From: Terriglobia bacterium
GTDB taxonomy: Bacteria; Acidobacteriota; Terriglobia; 20CM-2-55-15
Assembly (NCBI GenBank): GCA_965218585.1
Contig: CBDCLE010000024.1
Span: forward strand, 96,001 to 160,000
Direction: 5' to 3'
DNA length: 64,000 nt
Shown: positions 20,694-31,301 of the stretch, piece by piece
How the letters are laid out: each line of letters starts with the position of its first letter
How positions within the stretch are numbered: position 1 is the first letter of the stretch
Program-made: the position numbers and the translations under genes
The notes under the pieces: generated by a model
Databases searched by the model: none
What the model saw: only the letters and a program-made list of their open reading frames with translations
Told to the model about the DNA's origin: nothing

Positions 20694-21393
20694 AGTGCCG
20701 GATGCCCAATGTCATAGGTGAGCCACTGATGGTGTCGCGCCTTGCGGGCTCCGCGCTCTGTCTTCGGGTTCAGTTGCTCAAGCTCCTCACGGACGCCAGG
20801 GGCCAGCCGGTCCCACACTATATCGTTTGTGTAGATTCCCACTACCTGTGGCCGATTGATTTTCATGCCTTGCCATTCCCAACCGCGAAGTCTGAAAATC
20901 TTCTTGTAGAACACGTCAGGGAATCGCTTGGCCCATTTTGCCTGCTCAGCCAAAAGATACTTATCGAGGATCTCTTGCAGGGCCCGACGGTCCCTGATCT
21001 CTTGGTAGCCAGTCGCTTCATCAATAAGGGCGGCGATTCCGACATGAGCAAGACCACGAATCAAAAGGTGCGCCTGGACCGCAACATGGAGTTGGTTCTT
21101 TGTAAGAACCCCGGCTTCTTCGGCGTCTATGAAGACGTTGCATACTGCGGGCAATAATTTGTCGGCGTACCCATAGGCCGAACCACCTTTTAACCTGTTG
21201 AATTCTATCTGACTCGACGTCACGCTTAACTTGCCTGGAATGAACGGGCTTAGGTTCTTTGCCGTCAGGAATGCGGGCATGTTGACGTCAGCGTCATAAT
21301 ACTTTCGCCCCTTAGCCTGTCTCGCCCTCCCCAGGGCCCTCATAAATCCGCTCTGAGTTATCAATCTCCGGCCGTCTTCCAGCACAGCGCATT
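20694..21393 (-). pseudogene. P63C-domain (phage-associated) protein, truncated at both ends
   Basis: CAVLEDGRR, VGIAALIDEATGYQ, W.KRFPD.FY, TNDIV..RLAPG, HHQWLT. Confidence 0.75.
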
Positions 21394-21662
21394 GTTGGAA
21401 CCACAAGGCGATGAACGTGGTTGACCATTTACCGAAGACCGAGCAGCCGGCCGGCAGACAACTCCTGCACGGGATGGCCTTCGCCGACTCCCGGGCTCAG
21501 TGTGAACGCAAGCGGGATCAGTTCATCCGGCGGTATCACAAGAACTATCCCAAAGCGGGTGAGACGCTGCTGCGGGACTGGGACCGGATGACCACCTTCT
21601 ACGACTTTCCAAAGGAGCACTGGACGCATCTGAGAACGACCAACATCGTCGAGTCGCCCTAG
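21393..21662 (+). mobile_element. Internal fragment of a diverged IS256 type A relative
   Basis: CWNHK..RTTNIVESP, similar but not identical to the type A transposase. Confidence 0.85.
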
Positions 21663-21990
21663 TTCACTTGGCTGTACAACCGGCTATACAGAGAAGTGCC
21701 CTTCACGAAAGCTGCGATTCAGCAACCTGAGATAACGTGACCGGAATTTCTCTCGGCGATATTCTTTGCAGTATAGAAAGAGCAAGGGCGGGTGTGCGAA
21801 GGGCCAATACCCCCACCCGCCACTTTGCCCATGACTTTGCCCGTGCCGAACGGCCACGACCCAAACTCAACCAACTCCAGCCTAAGTACAGTCAACTTCA
21901 GCATCCGTAGAGGACTACCTGCTGCGCTATAATGTATTCTTGTGGTTATAGATACGCGGATAACCTGTGAAGAGAGAACCCACAACCCTG

Positions 21991-22036
21991 GGATTGTGGC
22001 TCCAGTGGTCGTGGGTTCAAGGCCCATCGCTCACCC
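21991..22036 (+). tRNA. 3' half of tRNA-His(GTG) (att-site duplication, not a complete gene)
   Basis: ggaTTGTGGCtccag-tggtc-gtgggTTCAAGgcccat-cgctcaccc: anticodon loop, T-arm and acceptor 3' strand; no D-arm upstream. Confidence 0.75.
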
Positions 22037-22043
22037 TTCCCAC

Positions 22044-24317
22044 ATGCACAATCTAAGAAGTCGCAGCGCTGCTTTGTTGATGGCCCTTCTGTTCGTGCAA
22101 GTCGCTTCGCTCGCTCAGGGTTCGGTATCGGATACCCTCAACATCCCGCGCTTGAATCGACCTCCGGAACTTGCCGAGTTCCTCGACATGCGTCCGCCCG
22201 CAGATCTTGCCCGGCAAATGGCGATGGTGTCGGATTTCATTCAACGCGAGCCAAGTGATGGAGAACCTGCCACTCAGCCGACGGAGGTCTACGTTGGCTA
22301 CGACGATGTGAACCTCTATGCGGTGTTTCTGGCCTTTGACAGCGACCCGGACGGCATTCGCGCCCGTATGAGTCCCCGGGAAGATACGGGCAGCGACGAC
22401 TGGGTCCACATCGTCCTGGATACGTTCAACGATCAACGGAACGGGTACATGTTTGGCGCATCACCGTTGGGCATTCAGTGGGACGCGCTGTGGACAGAAG
22501 GCCAGGGATCGGACGCTGCGTTCGATACCGTCTACGATTCTCAAGGTGCGCTGACCGATGAAGGATACGTTGTATCGATCGCCATTCCCTTTAAGAGCCT
22601 GCGGTTTTCGGCGGACGAGGTACAGACCTGGGGGCTGCTGTTCGGACGCAGCATTCCGCGCCTGAACGAGCAGTCCTACTGGCCGCAGTATTCCAGCCGT
22701 GTAGAAGGCCGCCTGAATCAGGCGGCCAGGGTCGACGGTCTTGAAGACGTCTCCTCTGGCCGCAATATCCAGTTGCTACCCTTTTTCGGATTTCGTTCTT
22801 TTCGGGCGATCGACCGGCGAGATCCGTCGCAGCCGTTCTTTTCTACGGACCGGGCGGCGACAGATGCGGGACTGGACGCAAAGTTCGTTATCCAGGACAG
22901 TCTGGTCGCTGATATCGCTGTCAACCCGGACTTCAGCCAGGTGGAGTCAGACGAACCACAGGTCACCGCCAATGAGCGCTTTGAAGTCTTCTTTCCGGAG
23001 AAACGCCCGTTCTTCCTCGAAAACGCCAGCTTTTTTCAGACGCCGATCAACCTGGTCTTCACGCGCCGCATTGCAGACCCTCAGTTCGGTGCGAGGCTCA
23101 CCGGTAAGGCGGGACCCTATTCGATCGGAGCGCTGGTGACCGATGACGAATCGCCGGGAAAGCGCGTGGCTACCGATCACCCCCAGTCCGGCAAGCGAGC
23201 GCGCTTCAGTATCGTTCGCCTCAACAGGGATATCCTGGATCAATCCAGTATCGGGATGATCTTCACCGAGCGCCGTTTCGATTCGACTTTTAACCGGGTC
23301 GGTGGCGTGGATACCCGCCTAAAGCTGAACGAAAACTGGGTGGCCGAGCTCCAGGCCGTCACGAGCACGACCCAGTTTGCCGACGGGTCCCGACGGTCCG
23401 GTCCTGCATACGAAGTGCTTTTGAATCGAAGCGGCCGTCAGTTCAATCTCAACGCCCTCTATTCGGACAGAAGCGCGGGCTTTGTCACCGAGGCCGGATT
23501 CAACCCGCGAGGGGATATCCGAACCGCCCAGATCGGTGGGTCGTACTCGTTCCGGCCGGAAGGGCGTTATTGGATCTCGACCACGCCCGGTATTACGCTG
23601 ATTCACACCATGGATCGGGAAGGGAAACGGCTGGAACAACTCTACACACCCGGAATCGATTGGGAGTTTGTAGGTCAGACGTTCGTGAGTGTTTATTACA
23701 AACCGGAGCGCCTGAGGCTGCGACCTTCCGAAGCGGCTGTTATCCAGGATCGTGAATTCACGCGTGGTGTTTTCGGTTTTAACTTCAGCACCAGTCTCGT
23801 TTCCGAGTTCGAAATCGACGGGGCCTACGAAAAGGGAGGAGCGGTCAATTTCAGACCGGTTGCCGGACAGGAGGCATCGATGGAGAATCGGTCCTGGACT
23901 AACGTGGGCGTCACGTTGAAACCGGGACGCCAGCTGAGCATTTCGAACCGCTATCTGTTCACGAAACTCGGGGACCGCGAAAGCGATGCGACGATTTTCA
24001 ATGATCACATCATCCGTTCCCGCTGGAACTGGCAGTTTACGCGTGAGTTGTCGGTCCGTGTCATCCTGCAATACGAAGCGTTGCTGGCCAACTCGGAATT
24101 CACGAGTCTCGACACCCGAAAAAACTTCAACACCGACTTTCTGTTCGTGTACCAGCTCAACGCCTGGACCGCCCTGTATGCCGGTTACAACAGTAATCTA
24201 CAGAACATCGACATCGTCCCAACCGCAACAGGTTCTGAAATCATCCGAACGCCGAATGATTTGATCAACGATTCCCACCAGTTGTTCGCCAAGTTCTCCT
24301 ACCTGATCCGCTTCTAA
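22044..24317 (+). CDS. CBM9-like/DUF5916 secreted or outer-membrane protein
   Basis: AIPFKSLRF, NPDFSQVESD, FFPEKRPFFLE, C-terminal KFSYLIRF. Confidence 0.85.
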   Translation: MHNLRSRSAALLMALLFVQVASLAQGSVSDTLNIPRLNRPPELAEFLDMRPPADLARQMAMVSDFIQREPSDGEPATQPTEVYVGYDDVNLYAVFLAFDSDPDGIRARMSPREDTGSDDWVHIVLDTFNDQRNGYMFGASPLGIQWDALWTEGQGSDAAFDTVYDSQGALTDEGYVVSIAIPFKSLRFSADEVQTWGLLFGRSIPRLNEQSYWPQYSSRVEGRLNQAARVDGLEDVSSGRNIQLLPFFGFRSFRAIDRRDPSQPFFSTDRAATDAGLDAKFVIQDSLVADIAVNPDFSQVESDEPQVTANERFEVFFPEKRPFFLENASFFQTPINLVFTRRIADPQFGARLTGKAGPYSIGALVTDDESPGKRVATDHPQSGKRARFSIVRLNRDILDQSSIGMIFTERRFDSTFNRVGGVDTRLKLNENWVAELQAVTSTTQFADGSRRSGPAYEVLLNRSGRQFNLNALYSDRSAGFVTEAGFNPRGDIRTAQIGGSYSFRPEGRYWISTTPGITLIHTMDREGKRLEQLYTPGIDWEFVGQTFVSVYYKPERLRLRPSEAAVIQDREFTRGVFGFNFSTSLVSEFEIDGAYEKGGAVNFRPVAGQEASMENRSWTNVGVTLKPGRQLSISNRYLFTKLGDRESDATIFNDHIIRSRWNWQFTRELSVRVILQYEALLANSEFTSLDTRKNFNTDFLFVYQLNAWTALYAGYNSNLQNIDIVPTATGSEIIRTPNDLINDSHQLFAKFSYLIRF

Positions 24318-24424
24318 CGCACGAGTCTGACCGCAGGTGCAACCTATGAAACTGTAGCCCGTTGGAAACTACACCGACAGCAGTTCGTGCGAGTCCAGAC
24401 AGTCCGCTCAAAACAAAAGGTTTT

Positions 24425-24566
24425 CTGGCTGCTGACAACACCGTGTGCCGGGGATCTGAGACTTTGTTTGCGTCTAACCCCCTGCCCGAGTATTCTTTAC
24501 CGAGTTTTCATGATCCGTTTCGAGATCGTTAATAATCGTTAATAGATGATGGCATCGCGCACTCAG
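24425..24566 (+). promoter_or_regulatory. Degenerate site + kinase-unit promoter + degenerate kinase head
   Basis: Aligns with the reverse complement of 4583-4725: tgagactttgtttgcgtctaacc vs tgagaatttgatagcacctaact; TTGCGT-17-TATTCT; atggcatcgcgcactcag vs atggaatctgccactcag. Confidence 0.6.
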
Positions 24567-24620
24567 ATGCCGGCGACCCTAGACAGCCGTAACGTTCCCG
24601 ACCGAGAGAAGGAGAAGAAG

Positions 24621-26666
24621 ATGAATGGAAACCCGACACGCCTTCGGCGACGGCCCGAGCTTTGTATCGTTCTGGCGGTGGTCGTTCTGTTGGCCATACC
24701 GACACTGGGCTTAACGCAGGAGCGTGGCAATCCGTTTGGGGAGTGGCGCTTTCAGAGTGCGGACGCCTGGGGTACCCGCTTCTCGCCCGTTGACCAGATC
24801 AACGGAGAGAACTTTGAGGACCTCGAAGTAGCGTGGATCTTCCGTGGGGACAATTTCGGTCCCACACCGGAGATCACCTCTCGCTCGACCCCAACCTACA
24901 TCGACGGAGTCCTTTATACAGTCGTCGGAAAACGACGTACGGTCGTGGCGATGGATCCGGCCACCGGAGAAACGCTCTGGACTTTCCGCGAACCCAGCAC
25001 AACGCGGTGGGAGCGATCCATGCGGGCCGGCTACGGGAAGGGAGTCGCTTACGGAGAATTGGACGGCCGTGGGGTGATTTACATCACTACGCCTGCCTTC
25101 TTCCTCCACGCGATCGACGCAAAGACGGGTGAGCATCTGGAGAACTGGGGCACCCAGGTCCCGCTGGACGGCTTTCCCGAGACCGGAGTCGTGGACTTGC
25201 TCGGAGACCTCCTGCCGGGTTGGGGGCCCTACGAGGATTACGGCCGCCCCTACGATCCGGACTACGGGATCCCGGAGGAGCTGGGATACATCACCAACTC
25301 GTCGCCCCCGATCGTCGTGAACGGCGTCGTGGTGGTAGGGAGTTCCGCTGAGCAGGGCTACAACCAGACCCGTATCGAAAACGTTCCGAACGACATCCTG
25401 GCTTATGACGCCCAGACCGGGGAGCACCTGTGGAAGTTCAACGTGATCCCCCGGCCCGGCGAGTTCGGGAACGAGACCTGGTTGAACGATGCCTGGTCGT
25501 ACACAGGAGACGTCTCCTCGTGGGCCCCGCTGTCCGCCGATGAAGAACTCGGCATTGTCTACATCCCGACCAATCCGCCCACCGTCGACTACTTCGGCGG
25601 ATTCCGCCCCGGCGAAAACTTGTTCGGTACCAGCGTCATCGCTCTGGACGTCCAGACCGGAGAGCGCGTGTGGCACTTCCAGACGGTTCACAACGATCAG
25701 TGGAACTACGACCTTCCGAATGTGCCGATGCTTGTGGACATCACCGTGGACGGGGAAGAAATCCCGGCGGTGATTCAGACCACCAAACAAGGGATGATCT
25801 TTACGTTCAACAGGGAAACCGGCGAACCAGTGTGGCCGATCGAAGAGCGCGCGGTGCCCCAGACGGTGGTCCCTGGTAACTGGACTTCGCCCACCCAACC
25901 CTTCCCGACCAGGCCGGAGCCATTCGAGCCGCTCGGGCTTTCCGAGGACCGCCTGATCGACTTCACTCCCGAGCTCAAGGAAGAAGCTCTGGGAATCATG
26001 AGCGAATTCCAGATCGGCGGCCCGTACTCGCCAAGGGTTCACGTGGGTTATGACGGGCTGGCAAATGTCACCTGCACAGGCGGGCTGAACATCACACATC
26101 CGGCCGCGATGGATCCAACGACAGGAATCATGTACGTGTCGCACGGGCCGAATTGCAATGGGGGCAGGGTGGCGCCCGGCGTCGAAATGGACGTCCCCGA
26201 CGTCCGTTCCACCACCGGAACGACAATCGCCGAGTGGGTGGCCGGTCCGGGTCTGGGCTTCTCGGGTCCCGAAGATCTTCCAATCTTCAAGGATCCGTAC
26301 AACAGGGCCTCGGCTTACGACATGAACACGGGCGAGCGGCTCTACTGGGTTCCTATCGGGGAGCCGACGGATGCGATGAAGAACAATGCGGCCCTCGAAG
26401 GAGTGGACCTGTCGGGCGCCGGCGGCGGCAGCCGGGCTATCCTGATGGTCACGGGCAGCCTGCTCCTCACTGCCGAGGTCATGGGCGACGGGCCGGTCCT
26501 CAACGCCCGGGACAAGAGGACCGGTGAGCTGCTCGGAACAGTCGAGCTTCCGACGCGCGCACAGTACGGCATGATGACCTACCTGCACGAGGGCAAACAG
26601 TACATAGCTGTCCAGATTGGCGGTCGGGATTATCCGAGCTCACTGGTGGTGCTCCGACTGCCGTAA
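24621..26666 (+). CDS. PQQ-binding beta-propeller protein (quinoprotein glucose dehydrogenase-like)
   Basis: RFSPVDQIN..N..DLEVAW, WHFQTVHNDQWNYD, PTQPFP, MTYLHEGKQYI; AAGGAG SD. Confidence 0.9.
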   Translation: MNGNPTRLRRRPELCIVLAVVVLLAIPTLGLTQERGNPFGEWRFQSADAWGTRFSPVDQINGENFEDLEVAWIFRGDNFGPTPEITSRSTPTYIDGVLYTVVGKRRTVVAMDPATGETLWTFREPSTTRWERSMRAGYGKGVAYGELDGRGVIYITTPAFFLHAIDAKTGEHLENWGTQVPLDGFPETGVVDLLGDLLPGWGPYEDYGRPYDPDYGIPEELGYITNSSPPIVVNGVVVVGSSAEQGYNQTRIENVPNDILAYDAQTGEHLWKFNVIPRPGEFGNETWLNDAWSYTGDVSSWAPLSADEELGIVYIPTNPPTVDYFGGFRPGENLFGTSVIALDVQTGERVWHFQTVHNDQWNYDLPNVPMLVDITVDGEEIPAVIQTTKQGMIFTFNRETGEPVWPIEERAVPQTVVPGNWTSPTQPFPTRPEPFEPLGLSEDRLIDFTPELKEEALGIMSEFQIGGPYSPRVHVGYDGLANVTCTGGLNITHPAAMDPTTGIMYVSHGPNCNGGRVAPGVEMDVPDVRSTTGTTIAEWVAGPGLGFSGPEDLPIFKDPYNRASAYDMNTGERLYWVPIGEPTDAMKNNAALEGVDLSGAGGGSRAILMVTGSLLLTAEVMGDGPVLNARDKRTGELLGTVELPTRAQYGMMTYLHEGKQYIAVQIGGRDYPSSLVVLRLP

Positions 26667-26684
26667 CCAAGCCGATGACTCTAA

Positions 26685-26712
26685 GCCTGCCCTGGTGTAG
26701 ACCGGGGCAGGC
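26685..26712 (+). terminator. GC-rich hairpin after the PQQ gene
   Basis: gcctgccctggt-gtag-accggggcaggc; weak U-tract. Confidence 0.45.
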
Positions 26713-26849
26713 AATCTCTTCCTCAGTTCGGCCACATTTGTTGACCCCGCCTTCCCTTGCGGCTAGTCTTGACCCAGAAACCCGTCAAGACCCGTTGGAG
26801 TCCAACTATTCTTGTGCTCGGAAGCTGCTGCGGGCTGAAGGAGAACGCA

Positions 26850-27257
26850 ATGTTGAAATGGACTATCAGTGCTTTCTTGGTCGTGTTCGCTCTGTTCCTC
26901 TCTGTAACTCCAGCTCTACCTCATCATTCGTTTGCAGCCATATTCGATAAGGAACAACCGTTCACCGTGACTGGGTTGCTCAATAGGGTGGAATGGAAAA
27001 ATCCACACATGTTCTTCCACGTGGACGTTACAGGAGAAGATGGACAGGTTGTGACGTGGGCATTTGAAGGTTATCCACCAACCATGATGATTCGGCAGGG
27101 ATGGTCACGCGATTCGGTGAACCCTGGGGACAGGGTGACGGTAACAGGATGGCGAGCACACAGGGGATCGCGACCCGTGGCTGGAGGAAATCGGATGACC
27201 TTACCTGACGGGCGCATCCTGCCCATAGGTGCCAGTTCCGAAGCAGAAAACCGCTAG
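26850..27257 (+). CDS. DUF6152-family secreted protein
   Basis: HHSFAAIFD, EWKNPH; its TAG stop is the CTAG target of IS1380. Confidence 0.8.
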   Translation: MLKWTISAFLVVFALFLSVTPALPHHSFAAIFDKEQPFTVTGLLNRVEWKNPHMFFHVDVTGEDGQVVTWAFEGYPPTMMIRQGWSRDSVNPGDRVTVTGWRAHRGSRPVAGGNRMTLPDGRILPIGASSEAENR

Positions 27258-28994
27258 CCCGCATGTTTCACCAGTCCGGCGATCAGGGGGATTTGGGCAG
27301 TAAGAATCGGATTCGGGAGGATCTGGGTTCGAATTGGGCATGTGTGGCGTGACTCGGCGGTGTCGACAAGCGGGAGTTGCTGCGTTTTCGGGTTCAGAAG
27401 AGGGTGACGAAACGCACTGAGACAAACCTCGGCGGAGCCGAAAAGAGCGAGTCGATTTTGGCGCAGGGGATCGGGTCGGTTCTCAGCAGCGCAGAGGAAG
27501 CGCCTGCAGGTTTCGATGGACGAGGGCAAAGACCTCGGCGTAGGGATAGGCTTCCGACATGGAGATCCAGATGTTGCGAACCGTCAGACGGACTTGAGCT
27601 CCGATCTTGAGGAGCTTCAAGCGGATCGTCTGGCACTGAGCGCGGGCCAGATCGGTATTCTTCAGTCCCAGACGGCGTAACGCGTGCAGGAGCATGTAGG
27701 CGGCCGAGGACAGATAGAGCCGGAGTTGATTGGCGCGCATGGTTGCCGCGCTGGTCCGGTCGGCGAATAGATCCAACTGCTGTTCCTTGATGCGATTTTC
27801 CATGTCGCCCCGCGCACAGTAAAAGTCTTCATAGAGGGCGCGGGCGTCCAGGCGTTCCGGCGACAGTGAGGTCACAACGAATCGAGGATTGGCGCCTTTC
27901 TCCAGGAACTCGGCCTTGCCGATGACGCGTCGGGTGCAGGTCCAGCTCTTCCGAGTGCGATACCGGAAATCGTTAAACACCCGCGCCGGTTTCCCGGTGT
28001 CGTTAAACTCGGCTTCGGCCTGACTCATCGATTCAGCGATCTCGCGCTTGAGCCGATCGTTCTTGGCCAGACCCACCACGTAATCGACCTGGTGGGCCTC
28101 GCACCAACTCAGCAATTCATCCCGGCAAAAGCCCGAGTCGGCCCGGATGATAATCGACACCTCCGGCCAGCTCTGCCGGATCTGGCCGATGATGCGGTTC
28201 AATTCCTCGACGGCGCCGTCCGCACCGTCGACATTGGAGCACCGCAACCGGGCGCATAGCAGATGCTCTCCCGAAAAGATGTAGAGCGGCAGATAACAGT
28301 AGTTGCCGTAGTAGCCGTGAAAGAACCGTCCTTCCTGATGGCCATGGATCGGATCATCGGTCGCATCCAGGTCCAGAACAATCTCCTCGGGCGCCGATCC
28401 GTGAGCCGCCACAAATGCATCCACCATCCAGCGGTCGATCTTGTCCGGGTCCATGGCAATCTTCTTGTACCGCTCCTTCCCATCGACTTGCTCCCCGGTC
28501 AGTTCCAACCGGTTCAGCGTACACTTGCCCGCCAACGCTTTTCCCCGGTCTCGGGCCTGCCGCCGCTTCTCCCCCAGTGGATCGGCCTTATCCACCGCCA
28601 CGGCCAGCATCGGATCGGTCCGCAGTTGGTCATGATCGTTCAGATCCTCGTAGCCCAGACAGAGTCCGTAGACGCGCTGCCCCAATAACTCGCTCACCGT
28701 GTGTTCGATCAACCTCGCGTCCCGGTAATCCCTGAAACACTCGGCCAGTCCGGCGATCAGACCCGTTCGCTTTTCCACTTCCCTCAACAGCAGAACCCCA
28801 GCGTCGGAGATGATCTTTCCGCCGTCAAAACGCGCCTTCACTTTTCGTTGAAGAAGTCCGTGAAATTCGAACGTCGTTTGGTTACACTCTGTTCTCATAA
28901 GGGCCGTCTCCGTTTGGCTTGTTAAACGTTTATTTCAAAACGCTTTATGCCAGACAGGGCGGCCTTTTCTGGTCCTATTGGTGAAATATGCGGG
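27258..28994 (-). mobile_element. IS1380-family element (1737 bp), transposase 27483-28898
   Basis: IRs cccgcat.tttcacc, CTAG duplication; DLDATDDP, RADSGF, RGDMENRIKE. Confidence 0.97.
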
Positions 28995-29132
28995 CTAGGT
29001 CGAATTTGATCGGGTTGGCAACCAACTTCTTGAGAACCCATAGTCGATACGATATCTTCGCCGCCTGAAGACCTCTGCGTCTCAGCGTTGAAAACCAACT
29101 GTCGGTTAGATATGGCGTGCGAGCGTAGGATG

Positions 29133-30050
29133 CTATTTGGAGTCAATCACGAGTTCGGGTTCGGAGATGATCACCCGGGTATGGGGTGGAACCGAACGGA
29201 TCAGCCAGACGTTACCGCCGATGACTGAGCCCTTCCCGATGACCGTGTCCCCACCCAGAATGGTCGCGCCGGCGTAAATCACCACGTCGTCTTCGATGGT
29301 GGGGTGTCGCTTCTTTCCCCTCACGATCTGGCCTTCTTCGTCCTTGGCAAAGCTCAACGCGCCGATCGTGACACCCTGGTATATCTTTACCCTGTCGCCG
29401 ATCAGCGTAGTCTCGCCAATGACGACTCCCGTTCCGTGGTCGATAAAGAATCCCCTTCCAAGAGTTGCGCCTGGATGAATATCGATGCCGGTTCGCGAAT
29501 GCGCGTGTTCAGTCATGATACGGGGAAGCAAGGGGACACCGATCCGGGTGAGTTCGTGTGCGATGCGGTAGACGCTGATCGCATAGATCGCCGGATAGGC
29601 GACGATGACTTCATCTGTGCTCTTTGCTGCGGGGTCGCCATCGTAACCCGCCTGAACGTCTTCAGAGAGCTGTCGGCGCAGGCCCGGAATCCTTTGGAGA
29701 AGGTCCAGTGACTGGTCCTCGGCAATGGAATAGCAGTGCGTGCAGACATCCCCTGAAAGTTCGCATTCCGGCCGCACGCTGCGGTAAACCTCTTCTGTCA
29801 ACCTGGCGTAGATCGAATCGAGCAGCGCCTCGACGTGCTCGTCGATATTCGATTCTTCGACGTGTTTTTGACGGTGGTATCCCGGATAAATCACTTCTAG
29901 GAGGTCGTCGAGAATCTGGATGATCGCAGCTTTGTCGGGAAGCGGGACGATGTCCAGGTGTTGAAGTTTGGGTTCTAGCCTCCCGTAGGTGTCCAGAACG
30001 GCCCGCGCAATATCGCGAACCTCGCCGCGCTTCTTGAGATGTTCGCTCAT
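29133..30050 (-). CDS. cysE: Serine O-acetyltransferase
   Basis: DGDPAA, TGIDIHPGA, FFIDHGTGVVIGET, KRHPTI. Confidence 0.92.
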   Translation of the reverse strand: MSEHLKKRGEVRDIARAVLDTYGRLEPKLQHLDIVPLPDKAAIIQILDDLLEVIYPGYHRQKHVEESNIDEHVEALLDSIYARLTEEVYRSVRPECELSGDVCTHCYSIAEDQSLDLLQRIPGLRRQLSEDVQAGYDGDPAAKSTDEVIVAYPAIYAISVYRIAHELTRIGVPLLPRIMTEHAHSRTGIDIHPGATLGRGFFIDHGTGVVIGETTLIGDRVKIYQGVTIGALSFAKDEEGQIVRGKKRHPTIEDDVVIYAGATILGGDTVIGKGSVIGGNVWLIRSVPPHTRVIISEPELVIDSK

Positions 30051-30080
30051 GATTCTGACGCTCGAGGGCTGATTGCCGAC

Positions 30081-31271
30081 TCAGGGCTTCCAGTTCTCGA
30101 GCGCGTTCTTGACGTTTGCCATGAACTGGTCCGCGACCACTCCGTCGATGATTCGATGGTCGAACGACAGCACAATGTAGGCCCGCGGCCTTACCGCTAT
30201 TGCGTCATCGACGACCACGGGGCGACGTTCGATGCTGCCGACTTCCAGTATAGCAACCTGAGGTTGGTTGATGATGGCGATTCCAAACAGGCCTCCGAGG
30301 TTCCCCGGGTTGGTAACTGTGAATGTTCCGCCGCCCACTTCGTCGGGGAGGAGTTTCTTGGTGCGGGCCCGTTCTCCAAAGTCGGAGACTGCGCGGGCCA
30401 CATCGAGCAGATTCAGTTCGTCAGCCTTTCGGATGACCGGTACGATCAGGCCGTCATCGAGAGCGACAGCTACGCCTACGCTGATGGTCTTCTTGTAGAC
30501 GACACTGTTACCGTCGACGATCGAGTTGATTACGGGAAATTTCCGAAGAGCCCGTGCGGCTGCATGAATGAAGAACGGCGTAATTGTCAACTTGACGCCC
30601 GCACGTTCAAACTCCGCTTTGAGGGCTGTCCGTGCACTGAGGATCGCGGAGCAATCCACCTCAAATACTGTCGCCGCATGGGCCGAGGTGCGTTTGCTTG
30701 CGGTCATATGTTCCGCAATGGACTTCCGCATCGCGGTCATCGGTACGCGTTCGCCCGTTTCTTCCGTTCCAGCTGATTTTTCTTCTACGCGCTGTTCCAT
30801 AAAGCTCTGGATGTCCCGCTTTGTAATGCGGCCGCCTTCTCCGGTCCCCTTGCCTTCCAGCTCGCCCAGATCGATGCCATGCTCCCGCGCCATTCGGCGG
30901 ACCATCGGAGATGATGGAGTCACTGCACCTTCCTGAGGTTTGGAAGCTTGGGCAGATGCAGGTTTCGGTTCGTCAGGCTTTTCGGTCCTGGGTTTCCCTG
31001 ACTCGGTGGACGAGGAGACCTCATCACTTCCCGAGCCCGCAATTACCGCGACGATCGTGTTTATTTCGACCGTCTCACCTTCCTCAATGAGGATTTCTTT
31101 AAGCGTTCCCGCGGCGGGAGAGGGAATCTCGGAGTCGATCTTGTCGGTCGAAATTTCGAAAAGCGGTTCGTCGCGCTGGATCGTGTCGCCGGCTTCCTTA
31201 AGCCACTTTGTAATGGTGCCTTCAAAGATGCTTTCGCCCATCTGGGGCATGATCACGTTAGTTTCTGGCAT
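30081..31271 (-). CDS. 2-oxoacid dehydrogenase E2 (dihydrolipoamide acyltransferase)
   Basis: Lipoyl domain EISTDKID, E3-binding GTGEGGRITKRD, catalytic SFDHRIIDG. Confidence 0.93.
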   Translation of the reverse strand: MPETNVIMPQMGESIFEGTITKWLKEAGDTIQRDEPLFEISTDKIDSEIPSPAAGTLKEILIEEGETVEINTIVAVIAGSGSDEVSSSTESGKPRTEKPDEPKPASAQASKPQEGAVTPSSPMVRRMAREHGIDLGELEGKGTGEGGRITKRDIQSFMEQRVEEKSAGTEETGERVPMTAMRKSIAEHMTASKRTSAHAATVFEVDCSAILSARTALKAEFERAGVKLTITPFFIHAAARALRKFPVINSIVDGNSVVYKKTISVGVAVALDDGLIVPVIRKADELNLLDVARAVSDFGERARTKKLLPDEVGGGTFTVTNPGNLGGLFGIAIINQPQVAILEVGSIERRPVVVDDAIAVRPRAYIVLSFDHRIIDGVVADQFMANVKNALENWKP

Positions 31272-31301
31272 GAAATCCAGGTCCTCTTACCTTTTAGGAG
31301 T

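Noticed and set aside
21921-21950. gctgcgctataatgtattcttgtggtta as chromosomal dif
   Set aside because: Only the left part resembles E. coli dif and there is no XerD arm; more likely a TATAAT promoter or att-flanking sequence.
24711-26588. 625-aa minus-strand ORF
   Set aside because: Antisense shadow of the PQQ gene in GC-rich DNA.
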